A stretch of 63,476 nt of DNA, filler included, from Hausera hauseri (Eukaryota), in the NCBI GenBank assembly GCA_046269625.1. It is 11 parts of 11 records of this genome, joined end to end, with 100 filler letters (N's around TTAATTAATTAA, not from the genome) between each part and the next. Parts side by side here need not be neighbours in the genome. Positions count along the whole stretch, not along the records: positions 21,299 to 25,611 come from JBJURY010641552.1; positions 25,712 to 33,695 come from JBJURY010836525.1; positions 33,796 to 38,403 come from JBJURY010506797.1; 8 more parts are not named here. One strand, 5' to 3'. The notes under the pieces were generated by a model. That model had not been told where the DNA came from. It worked only from the letters and a program-made list of their open reading frames with translations, and ran no database searches. The position numbers and the translations under genes are program-made. Shown here one piece after another: positions 24,171-35,594 of this stretch. Numbering within the stretch: position 1 is the stretch's first letter; every line of letters begins with the position of its first letter.

Positions 24171-25711
24171 TCCGTTTTAGAAATCCATTTCGGGAAATTA
24201 TCAATGTATTCTCCAACATCAGTATGTTTAGGAGACAATTAATTTGCAGACAAATTATTGATTGAATATCAACTGGAATATGCTCCATTTTCTACTTTTA
24301 CAATCTGCTAAAACATTTTATAGAAATACATCGGTTTTCATAAATCTTACTTGTTTTTGATTACTTTTCAGTCAACATTTAATCGTTCACTGTGGTGCCG
24401 TAATAACATTAGCATTTAAATATATTTAGAAATAAAAACTTAAATTTTTTATAGCACAACTTTAACCATGACTGCGATTAAAGTAAGTATTGTACTTCCC
24501 TTATATCAGCAGATTTCATGACCTAAATTCTTTTGATCATTTACATATTGATTATCAGTTAATACTAGTTAAAGTGAATCCCAAAATACTTTTTGCCAAA
24601 AATAGCGCTCAAAATTTTTGATAAATTTTAGTTTAAATAAAGTGAGTGAAAATAACAATATTTGAAATTTTTAAATTTCTAGATATTATGCGCTACTAAT
24701 AGATTTCATTTCCAAAGAAGGTCTTAGAAATATTTTCCCTGCATGCTTATAGAAAAAATAGCAGGGAAGAGTACTAGAGTGCAACCTAGAGACGAGCATA
24801 AGAAAGAGTACAGACAGAGATAATGAGAGCTAGAGTGAACTTAGCTGGATTAATGCCACATGCTTCAAGGAGAGAAGAAGTAAAATGTATAGAATTTTGC
24901 TTGAAATCGGAGGATGGAAACCTGTTCATAGTTTTTTTTTGTTTTAAATAAATGAGATGCCGTATGAAATAAGAAGTTCATATTATGAATATAAGTATGT
25001 GACTCTCCTTTTACTGCAGAAAAAAGACGGTACTGGATCTGTGATGTTGGTATCTCATACATTGTTTGCTCATACTCTGATTGACATATATACAAAGCTG
25101 TTCAGTCATATGACGCCTGCTAACATATCCAACTACCTGGCAATACTGGCAAGCCCAATGGCAAGATTTTATCAAGTTGACACTAAATTGTGCTCGGGGA
25201 AATTTTTTGCACCTTCAGTTTTGGTCAAGGTATGGCTGGCTAATATAATCATTGCTCTGAGTTGTTGTTTGTTTGTGTATGTGTTGTTTCATGATGATTC
25301 TGGGGATTTAATTTATAATCATTTCACCAGTCATTACACATTTAAAATGACACACAATTCACTTTTCCTAAAGTAAAGTTGATTATTCATGCTTCGAGGC
25401 ATGTTGGGGGAAGGTGTAGTCAGTGTCCACTTTTTACCTTAACCACTGTCATTTAATTGGGTTATATAATTAGAATAACAAACTATGGGAATAGCTGAAT
25501 CAGATTTCTGTTGTCTGTCTTCCTTAGTTGTTTGTTCTCTCCAGCAGGTGTCATTTGTAGCCTACTGTTTGTCAGGATTTCTTCTCCATGATGTTGCATG
25601 CATCCCACCTCNNNNNNNNNNNNNNNNNNNNNNNNNNNNNNNNNNNNNNNNNNNNTTAATTAATTAANNNNNNNNNNNNNNNNNNNNNNNNNNNNNNNNN
25701 NNNNNNNNNNN

Positions 25712-27850
25712 TGTGGGCACCACAGTAGTGTCTGAGCTTTAGCGACTTTTACATCAGCACTATCTTCATTTTTACTCCATCCTTCCGAAAATTCGACTCC
25801 ACTTTTTATCCATGATTCTAATCCACGCTTCCATTTTAGTAACGTTTCAGGTGATACTTCTTCAGGTTGTCCTAAGTCGATTGCTTCATCGAGCTTTCCT
25901 TCACTGCATAATTTTAAACTTTTATATAACCTCTCTGCAAATTGTTGCTCTTTACCAGATATATCTACCTGTTCGCTAATCTGCTTAAACCTTTGTAAAC
26001 TCCGTTGTAATGTTTCGGGATCGTGGCATCTAATTCTCATTTTTTTTATTTCATTGGCGTTTTTCCACAAACGTCGGACTTTCCACTTTCTTGGAACAAA
26101 ATCATCAATATTTCCCGTTTCTTCCTCACTTGTAGGAAGTGGGAAGATGTCGTTAATTTCGTTAATTAACTCGACAAATTCTTTTACCTCGATAGGCTTG
26201 AATGGATCAATTTCTGGTGTATCTAAGCTAGGCTCTACGTCGCTTTCCACAGCGATTTTCAAATTTTTCGTTTCTTCTATTTCTCTCCCTAGTTACTTGC
26301 GAAAATGAACGACTTCTATGCGTAGTTTTCAACGAAGGGATGCGGCTTCTATTTTTCGTAATTTTAAGTATTAATGGTTCCATAAATTCTTTCTCAGCTA
26401 TATCGTCTTCATTTGTCTTCTCTACTTTTTCAACCGTGAACTCGGGCTCTGAATCTAAGTAAACTTCTTTCAAAGTTTCTGGTTTATCTGCTGTTTTATT
26501 GCCTGTCAGAACACTCTTTTTGCGTGTCATATCAATTCGCTTTGGTGCTATTGCATACTTATATTTGGTTTCCGGTTCTACTAGACCATGATACACTTCT
26601 ATTAGTCTACGCTTATCTCCATATTCTTTCCTAGCCATCAAAACTTGTGGGTTAGTAGTTTCAGGTTAAGCATTTAGAAATTTTCGCAAGTCTTGTATGT
26701 CGATAATAGTACCTGTATCTCCACGAACACCATACTTCGCTTCTAAGTTTTCATCAACTTTAATCATACTAGGCTCATTATGCTCACTAAATGAAACGCT
26801 ACGTGGACTTGGACACGTTTGTGCAATGTGTCCTTCATTACTGTAAGTAAAACAAACTAAATTTCCATTTTTGCCAACTCGTTGATGGCCGTCTTCATTT
26901 ACGGATTATTTAGATCTATTTGTATCTCTACTATACTGGTTCGACAACCTTTGTGTAATATCTAAATTTCGTCTACTATCATTATTTCGATTATCATCAT
27001 AATAATTTGGATAGTTAAAGCTTTTGTAGTTCCCTCGATTTCTATCAGAATTGGAATTCGACTAATTTATATTTTAATTCTAGCGTAATTATTATTTTGA
27101 CTATTCCTGTAGTCGTTATTATTATTTCTATTTCCATTAAACCGTCTATCGTCTCTTTGGAAATTATCACTCCTATTTCTATCACTACGATCATTTCGAT
27201 CATTATTTCTATCATTTCTGTCATTGTGTCTGACATATCTATTAAGTGTCATTTCTAAGTCTTTGGCTAATTGAAGATTCCTTTCAAAATCTTCAGGTCT
27301 GGCCAAAATTAACTGTTTAACTAAATCTTGAGACCAAATACCATTAATTAATTGAGTTGTCATCATGACATCTAGATCTGGTGGAATTGCCTTTTCTGCA
27401 GCATTGCGTTCTGCGTCTGATTTAGCTTTTGCTATATTAGCTATTCTCAAAGTACTTACATAACCATTAGCGAGTATCTTCAATGCAAATGCAAACTGGG
27501 TTACCGATTCTGCCTTCTGTTGCACTCTATTCTGAAATGTCATAAGCTTCTGGTGCGGTGTTATGGTTGACAATAGTTTACGGTTTAATGCTCCTGCCAG
27601 GGAGGACCAAGATTTCTTCTCATCATTAGTGAGCTCGATATTAGCATCAGCGGCTAAATTCTTCAAATATAACGTCAAATGTTTAATCATCACTTTGGGA
27701 GAAAGACTGACACCTTCTGCGTACAATTTATAAATTCTCACGAATTCATTTAACCCGATCAGATCGCCGTCGTATACCGGCAAATTCAGAGTCCAAAGTG
27801 AACATATCCAGTTTTTGCGCTATTGGTGGGTTATCGGCTAACATATTAGT
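25712..27850 (-). pseudogene. gag: Ty3/gypsy gag with knuckle, followed by a long unidentified coding extension
   Basis: PVYDGD..HLTLYLK..RVQQKAESVTQFAFALKILA; knuckle CFTYSNEGHIAQTC at ~26815-26856; ORFs 26228..26641 and 25712..26262 have no protease motif. Confidence 0.8.
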
Positions 27851-28229
27851 CTCAAAATTTACTTTATTAGCTTTAGGTTTCACAGGAGGAATTTTAAACT
27901 TATCGCTTCGCTAAACGGCGGTTAAATCAGTATTAAATGAATTTACTCTGGTTTCATAAAATGAACGTTTATCTAACTTTTTGCTATTTCTATACATATT
28001 TCTAAGCGTCTGGCGTATAGGCGAATTTTCCTCATCGTTCAAATCAAGGTTCACTTTTAACTTATCAATATTTGTTCTCTGAAGAATTTTACTTTAAATC
28101 CTATTCAACATATAACCCGAATTTTTAAGATTTTTAAACTATATTCAATTACCTGATGTGGGCCGCTGATCGCCGATATGTCGTTAATTAACTTTAATCT
28201 GAATTGAAGCCTAGCGAAGCACTAATCTG

Positions 28230-28246
28230 TCCTGCTAGGGTCGCCA
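28230..28246 (-). promoter_or_regulatory. Primer binding site, tRNA-Arg-like
   Basis: Minus-strand TGGCGACCCTAGCAGGA lies 2 nt after the LTR end ...CTAACA and is complementary to a tRNA 3' end TCCTG..GGTCG-CCA. Confidence 0.8.
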
Positions 28247-28248
28247 AA

Positions 28249-28973
28249 TGTTAGTAGGGAAAAAATGGGGTTTCTGGCTTAAAGGGGGGAGAAACATAGA
28301 AAATAGAACGATGGTTGCCAAGAAATGAACTGTTTCCTGTCAAATCGACAATGATGAGTTCAGGGGTACCGTCGGATTTCCTGTGTCGCAAAAGACAAAG
28401 CCGGGAAATGCAGAAGAAAAAAGAAACCTTTCCCAGAAGCCAAATTTGAGTGGGAATGGATAGGAGAAAGTGTAGAGTAGAGTACGGGCGTTTGAATGAT
28501 ATGGGAAACATAGCGTTCGCATGTATGGAGAAAGTGGAAGAGTCGGTCAAAGAGGGAAATGTAGGCAAAATGAAAAAAAGAGGTCCACGCACGCACCAAT
28601 AGACCAATCAGAAGCGGCTAGCGTGCGGATTGATCAATTCGACCACGATGAGTTTAATGGTGCGGTTGGAATTTCTCTGTCGCAAAAGCCAAAGCCGGAA
28701 AATGCAGAAGAAGAAAACGTACGTCTTCCGGAAGCAAAATATGAGCAGTAATATATGGGAGAAAATGTAGGGTAAAGTGCGGGCAGTCGATTGATTTGAA
28801 ATAGGGGGTTGTGAAGAAGTTGGGAGGCGGAAAAAGAGCAAGAAAGTGCGTGGTTCTAGCTGGCTTAAAAGCGCACATGTGGAACACATGCACGTCATCG
28901 TCACACATGATTAATCGGATCACGATACGCGTGTGCGTCGCATAAGTAATAATATCGAAATAGTTCCAATACA
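28249..28973 (-). repeat. 5' LTR (~725 bp) of the gypsy element
   Basis: TGTATTGG...CTAACA termini adjacent to the PBS; internal imperfect direct repeat at ~28350-28500 and ~28645-28800. Confidence 0.7.
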
Positions 28974-29265
28974 ATCGTTGTTGTTCTGTAGTACGACGTA
29001 TTGTTTTTATATGACCGAAATGAGTTAATCGGACTTTGTTTGTTAACTCCCGTCAAAATGTTACATAATGAATAAACAAATGCGTCGTTATTTTTTACAA
29101 CCAATCCGTATTAATTGACAAACAGGTCGATTAAATTGTCAATTAAATGAATCTTAGCAAACAACGTGTATAAGCGTTATAAAGAAAAACCAAAAACAAA
29201 ACACATGGACGAAATAAAAATTTCTTCACAAGGGTATAAAATAAGTTAATGTTTTTGTACAAGTG

Positions 29266-32200
29266 TCACTCAGCAATAAATCCATATTGAGGATAACAAT
29301 GTCCGTGAGCTCGAGTATATATGCCATCATGCAAAATCAGTCGCTTATCATCAAAAGGACTTAGGGATTTCTTGTTCTGGTCAATTGTATTAACAAAATG
29401 ACGGTGGGATTTGATGGACTTCATGGATGAAAGCACAATCGTTTCATTTCTGAGGCAATTTACGTAATTGTCGAACGTAATCTTCGTCTCCAGTGTTACC
29501 CTCTGTACTCCTTTTGCACGTTTTTAATGCATCCCTCTACATCAGTGGCGTACATCTTCGGTCGTAGTCCAACGAATTTCCGTATTATTTTACTACCAAC
29601 CTCATCCTTGAATTTCCCCAGTACTTTCTTGTTTTCCGTTTAATAATTGATGTGTTCATTAAAGTAATCGGATGTATCAAAGTAACACACCAAATCCAGA
29701 AAATCCATGAATATATCATCCGTCTGAATGTGATAGATGAAGGAATTTGTATCCATGTACATAAGTTGTATCTGCTGTTGATATCGCGATTTCATTACAT
29801 TGTAATGGAAATAATACATGAGCGTTTTCAACAAGTCCAAGATGATCATGCCGACGTAGATTGGCTTATCGAATTTGAGTGCCGTCTTTGCCATGCAAAT
29901 GCTAACCATGTTTTCGGTGTATATGTCACTATGGAGGAAATTGGGTTTTGCAATTAATTTCTTTGCTCTCGTCCAGGCATTAACCAATTCAATACATTTG
30001 CGATTGCAGATATTTTCAATTGTCTTACCAAAGACCGAATTATTGTACAATTTGAATTGATCCTTTTCAAAATCATTAGTTGCAGCAGTCCTCAGATCTG
30101 TATTAAATTGTATGTAAAGCTGAAGCCACTTTGACTGACTGAACTGCAAAGCTCAGTGTATTTTCGTAATTTGTGTACCTGTTCTCACTGCCTGTTGTAA
30201 AGCAACATAGTTATCGACATATCGTTTTCGATTATCCAAGTGTAGTAGTAACTTTTTAAATTTTCCATTTGGTGGTGTTTTGGATTCCGGCAGGAATGGC
30301 AGCTGATCGAGTTCGTCATGTAACGATATGGGGTAAACTATGTCAACCTCCAAAATGTACCCTGTTTCCGCATCTGGTGGAATGTCCATGATATTAATTC
30401 GATAGGGATTATCAACCCATTGAAAATTTCCATAGGGCAGACTGCAACTTACCGCCCATCCATAGAGATTATTTGCGTCAAAGTACATAATAAATGACGA
30501 TTGTTTTGATGAGTCATAGTCAACCATATATTTGTTATTGGATTCTGCATACCGATGGACTACTTGATATATTCCTCATCGTATCCACTTCTCCAACATT
30601 AATATTATATCGTAGTCCTTCAATACTTGTAGCTGAACTCCAGAGTATTTTTACTTTGCCGACCAAGTCATACCGGGAGCTGTGAAGAAATGAGCAGGAT
30701 CAATTTTATGGCTTGCCATTGCCACATTTCGGAAACTCTCAAAAACGTCAGCTAGAAGAAGCACGTCGGTTAATAGGTATACATTACTGTAATCATCCAG
30801 TGTCTCACAGTTGAATAAGCGCCATACATTTTGAGCATGTACATAATCCTCATCACATATTTCCGAATCTAAAAATTTGTTGTAAAAACTTTCCATTGGC
30901 GGTAGACTAGCCTCATCCAATTTTTTCCATGACGTGATGTAGTAATATGGAAAAACACCTTTTCTTTTCACTAGATTAAATTTATCATTTTGGAAATATC
31001 TCCTGGTCTCCTTCAGTTCATTTTCGGGTAGATGTTATACAAGTTTATCCAAACTGCTGCTCATAAATTTCAATCTGTCTATAAAACGCAGCTGCATAAT
31101 TCCAAAATGAATGGTGAAGGTAATATATTTTTCTTCGCTATGTGGAATTACGGTAATTCTTCCATTCACATTTTCAAGTTCTCTGCTAATAAAAAGTGAA
31201 TCATATCCGCTTAAATTTTGAAATATCACGGGAATAAATTTGACAGTTCGACAGCGAAGATTACACAAATTACATGCAGGATCACGATATTTTCCAGTGA
31301 TGTGACAGTAATCCCGAACTTTGTGATTGTCTGTGGTAAATGATTTTGCACACAAATAACAAACTGAAGCTTTCTTCCATTGGGATTCTTCAATCGCTGT
31401 TACCACCATCTTCTTCGGTTTCATATTCTCAATACTATGAGCCAATTCTTCCAACCGATTCATAAAAAATGATGCTGCATTCAATCCCCTGTACAGGTAT
31501 GGTTCATTTAAAATTCCTTTTGCAAGCATACAAAAAGACATTGTCTCATGTAATTGGTAACTTGTACTACTCGAGTGATCCTTGTTTGGGTGACATATAT
31601 GCATTGGAGTTAGGATCAACTCAAAATCACAGTAGACTACAAACGGTACTCGGAACATTTTTTCATATTCCTTAAAGTATATGAAATCCTCCGTGGGGAA
31701 ATTTATTCTGGCAGATTTTTTTTTCATTGCAATACAATTTGTGCTCCTTCAACTTTACATCTGCTAATTTCCTATATCAATCATCAAAATGTGAAAAGCA
31801 CTTCTTACATATTAGTATGCGCTCCTTATGCTTTGTAATTTGTGATTTAATTAACCGTTTAAAGTTTTTTATCCATACATAGTGGTTTTTTCATCTTTAC
31901 TTAACTGCAGCAAATTCCGATGGTCCGATTTTTCTTCATTGCATACTTTGAGCGGAAATATTTTATCCTTTTCATCAATCGCAAAAACATTAATTGATAT
32001 GTCATTGAAATTTTCAATTTTTTTATATCCAGCAACGATGGAGGAAATGATATAGAGGAAAAAATATATAGATGATCTATGTTTGTATATTGCTCAACTC
32101 GTAACGGATTTGAATGTACAAATTTTGAGGGAATCGAATACTTGAAACATAAATTGTCATCATAGTTCTCTACATTAATACATGCCTTTTTATCTTCAAT

Positions 32201-32611
32201 CCATTGATGTAGCTTAATATATGATGATCCACGCATTGGGGAGTATTTGTGAATCCTCAAGATGAGTCCTCTGATGTTCGAAAGAGTCCATCCGCTTTTC
32301 TTAGCATGGTTTTCTATGGCCTCAGTTACCAATTTTATAAACTCTTCATCCAAAAAAGTGGTAATTTCTGAGGCTTGCAGGACTGGCTTGCTTTTTGTTT
32401 TGAAGGCCCTTTTTGACAGCTCACCATCCTTTTCAAAATTAGCCTCCAGAACCAGGTTAACTTTCAGGGCATTGAGTTCCGAGAGGTTTTCATTTAATGA
32501 CGTGGTGGCATCCGTTTTTAAGTATTCAAGAAATTCAGGGAGACTCTTCTGACCGGTGGCAGGAATAAAATAGGTAAGCATTTTTCGATTAAATGCTTCC
32601 TTATCCACCAT
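29266..32611 (-). pseudogene. Polinton protein-primed family B DNA polymerase (copy 1)
   Basis: YSPMRGSSYI..DNLCFKYSI..NHYVWIKN; ExoI VVYCDFE; EndoVII-like CYLC..DYCHITGKYRDPACNLCN; RKGVFPY; YFDANNLYG; KLYNNSVFGK; YMDTNS; DKRLIL. Confidence 0.95.
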
Positions 32612-34488
32612 TATTGATCGCTGAATCCTTCTCTTCTTTTTTGATTGCTGTGCGGGAACCTGTTGGCGACGTTTACTACCATTAACCTGATTGATTATTG
32701 GTTTTCATTGTACATCAACATCGTTTCTGTTGCAAGAAAAAATTGCCTATTTTGACTTGGTAAATGACTGGAGGTGATGTTAATGTTGTGTATAAAAGTC
32801 TGGGTATGATAAACTCGAGACTGATTTACATGATGGACATATGTAATACGTTGAGCCGTAATATTGGTGTCCATAATATTTTGCCATTGTTTGGTGGCAG
32901 AAACCTTCTGAATGAATGGAATTGTTACAGTAGCTGTGCGGCCAGGTCATTTGGTTCACTTGTATTCAGTAAGTAAAGTCCAAAATGGAAAAAAATTTAA
33001 AGTATAATATAATGAATAATAAAAAGTAAATGAAATTAATTCAAAAAACAGTAAGCATTACACTGTAATTACTTAACATTTTCACCGATTAAGTAGATGT
33101 TTCAATGCGGTAGATTTCAATTTAAGGTGACAATGTTTATACATGTATAATAATAATATTAAAAGTCCTAGAGCTAAAGTTTTTATGAATACTGAATACT
33201 ATAGTCATTAATGGTTACATTTTAAACAGGATGGAGAATATATTGAATGTTTTGATGTTGAAAATCAAATAGATATCAAACGTTTTTATTTTTACTTTGT
33301 TGTACAAAACTAAATCGTCTCTAATAAAGTAGGATCACACAAGCCACATGGGTTAACCAATTCAGCAGCAGAAGAAGAAGAATGATGGATTCCATCAGAA
33401 TTAATGACATTGAAATGTTGTTTAAAGCAAATCTGATCTGCTGATTGCCACATTGGAACGTAATCCATCACGTGATTGGCTTTTTTGATAAAATCATCCA
33501 CAAATTCCATTTGACGTTTATTATTACACAGTGCATAGTTATCCGCCAATTTATGCCAAGTACGAAAAATCTGACCGAATAATATATCCATGTCACCAGC
33601 AACCTGCTTCATATGTCGAATATAGGGTTCCCGTGCCTTCCAATTCTCCTCAGCACGTAGGAGTATAGTTTCAGGGGAATTATACCGAGCATTCTNNNNN
33701 NNNNNNNNNNNNNNNNNNNNNNNNNNNNNNNNNNNNNNNTTAATTAATTAANNNNNNNNNNNNNNNNNNNNNNNNNNNNNNNNNNNNNNNNNNNNTCCCC
33801 CATTTCCACTCAAATTCGTTTCCTTGTCAACTTCAATCCCTGCAGGAATTTGCTGTATTTTAACAATCACCGTAATTATTGTTAAATAGCTTTTTTGATG
33901 GTATAACTCAAAGAAAATTTCCAACATTCATTCGTTCCAGTCGTTCGAATAATTGATTTCTCTGAACGTTCTGTAAAAAAATTCTCTTATTTGAATATTT
34001 CGATAACCAAAAGTTTGACTTAATTATTTGGTTTAATTATTTTGCAGATCAATAATTTATTCTTTTCATTTGCATTTGTTGAACAGTATTTCTTTTTAGT
34101 TCGTTCGTTTTTGGTTCGCAAGAAAAATCTGTGGAGTTCAGCTGGACTCTCATTTGGGGAATTTAATTATTGCCGAGAATGTACATTACTGGAATACACG
34201 GAACCATTACGGTTATTGTTTGTAGCGTGTCGGTCATCTAATGTGGGAGGACCGTTCGTTGGAGGTGCATAAAACACGAGCAGCAGAGAAAATGATCATA
34301 AACAAATTACAGCTAATGTGGACGGAAGATGAGGAATTCTCTTTAATCTTTAATATGACTGAAACTTGTATTCAGAGCACTCTCTCACCTGTTGTTCTGT
34401 ACTTTATGTAGAAGATGCAGAGTGTGCTTCAGCATTTGCTAATGTCATGTTATCCTGAAACTTTTTAAAATTTATTTTTCAGAAAGAA

Positions 34489-34812
34489 ATGGAAGCCCCG
34501 AAAGTGAAAATTCTTGCTACAATATTCCTTGATGGGAAGGATGTCTGCAAGAAAGTCGTGAAAATCCAAAGTGCTACAGAATTAGTAGATGCAAGTCGAT
34601 CACAAGTACCTCCTGAAGCAGAGCTGAATCGAGTTTTGCACTATAACGCAGAGTTCAATGAGTTTATTGATTTTGATACGGACACAAACATCAAAGACTT
34701 AGACAAATTCCAAATACTCTTCAAGTTGGGTTTTCAGCAAACCTGCTCACAAGCTGAAGGAACATGTTTGGTAAAACAATGGAATAAGTGCCTCCTAACC
34801 TTTTTTTCTTAA
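34489..34812 (+). CDS. Exon encoding a PB1/ubiquitin-like N-terminal domain (SAMD3-like, transposon-associated?)
   Basis: Preceded by a TTTTTCAG acceptor; LHYNAEFNEFIDFD pattern. Family assignment is weak. Confidence 0.35.
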   Translation: MEAPKVKILATIFLDGKDVCKKVVKIQSATELVDASRSQVPPEAELNRVLHYNAEFNEFIDFDTDTNIKDLDKFQILFKLGFQQTCSQAEGTCLVKQWNKCLLTFFS

Positions 34813-35168
34813 TCCATGACATATTTAATTCTAAAAAAAATTCTAAAAGTTAACCTTACAATTTAAACAACAAAAGTTTTATTTTAATCAGTCTCTGATT
34901 AAGTTATTAGTATTAGATAAAAACAATTTTATATTTAATTTCTGAATTATTTGTCTTGTGTACAACATTTTTTTAAAATGTAAGTATATATCTTATTTTT
35001 TTACATGATACACAAATGACAGCAGGCTTAAATAAGAAGGCTATCAAGCCTACCTATTTCAAGCACTATCCATGTTGCGCACACAATTAGTGTGTTAGAT
35101 ATTTAAAAATACCTTGTGTTCTTTTACTTAATGCCTGTTCAAAATGGGACACCAAAACACCATACAAT

Positions 35169-35594
35169 TGAATATTTGAGTAGGATAGAAAGAAGTCATA
35201 CTACCACAGCGCTGGACCGTTTGCAAGATCCTTTATTCTCAGATCTCACAAAGCAGTGTCTTAAAACAGGAAGTAACAAAGTTTTAACACAAATCTTCAA
35301 GAATGACTCCACCCATCTCAACTACGTCACTGGGGAATCTATCCATTAACGGAAGTCATTCCTCAAACACTGTTCCTTCCCTGATGCATTTCAAAATAAG
35401 ATGTGTTGATATGTGCCAGGTATGTAACTACTCGTTCCAGCACACTCAGTGCCTCCTAAATCATTGAATAAATCATCACAAAATAAGTCACACAATAACG
35501 ATATTATTCACCTAATTAAAAACAAGAGCTATGTGATGCAATTATAAGTCAGCGAGTAAATACACCTTAATAATTCTCTACAATTCCCCCTTTT
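35169..35594 (-). repeat. ERV-like polypurine tract and 3' LTR
   Basis: Minus strand AAAAGGGGGAAT followed by TGTAGAG (35582), with AATAAA at ~35232. The distal end is tentative. Confidence 0.55.

Noticed and set aside
25400-25611. GGGGGAAGG-TGTAGT as a PPT/LTR start
   Set aside because: No supporting coding sequence or second LTR; truncated by a spacer.
33310-33695. ORF upstream of pPolB copy 1
   Set aside because: Probably element-encoded, but truncated and without a recognisable motif.
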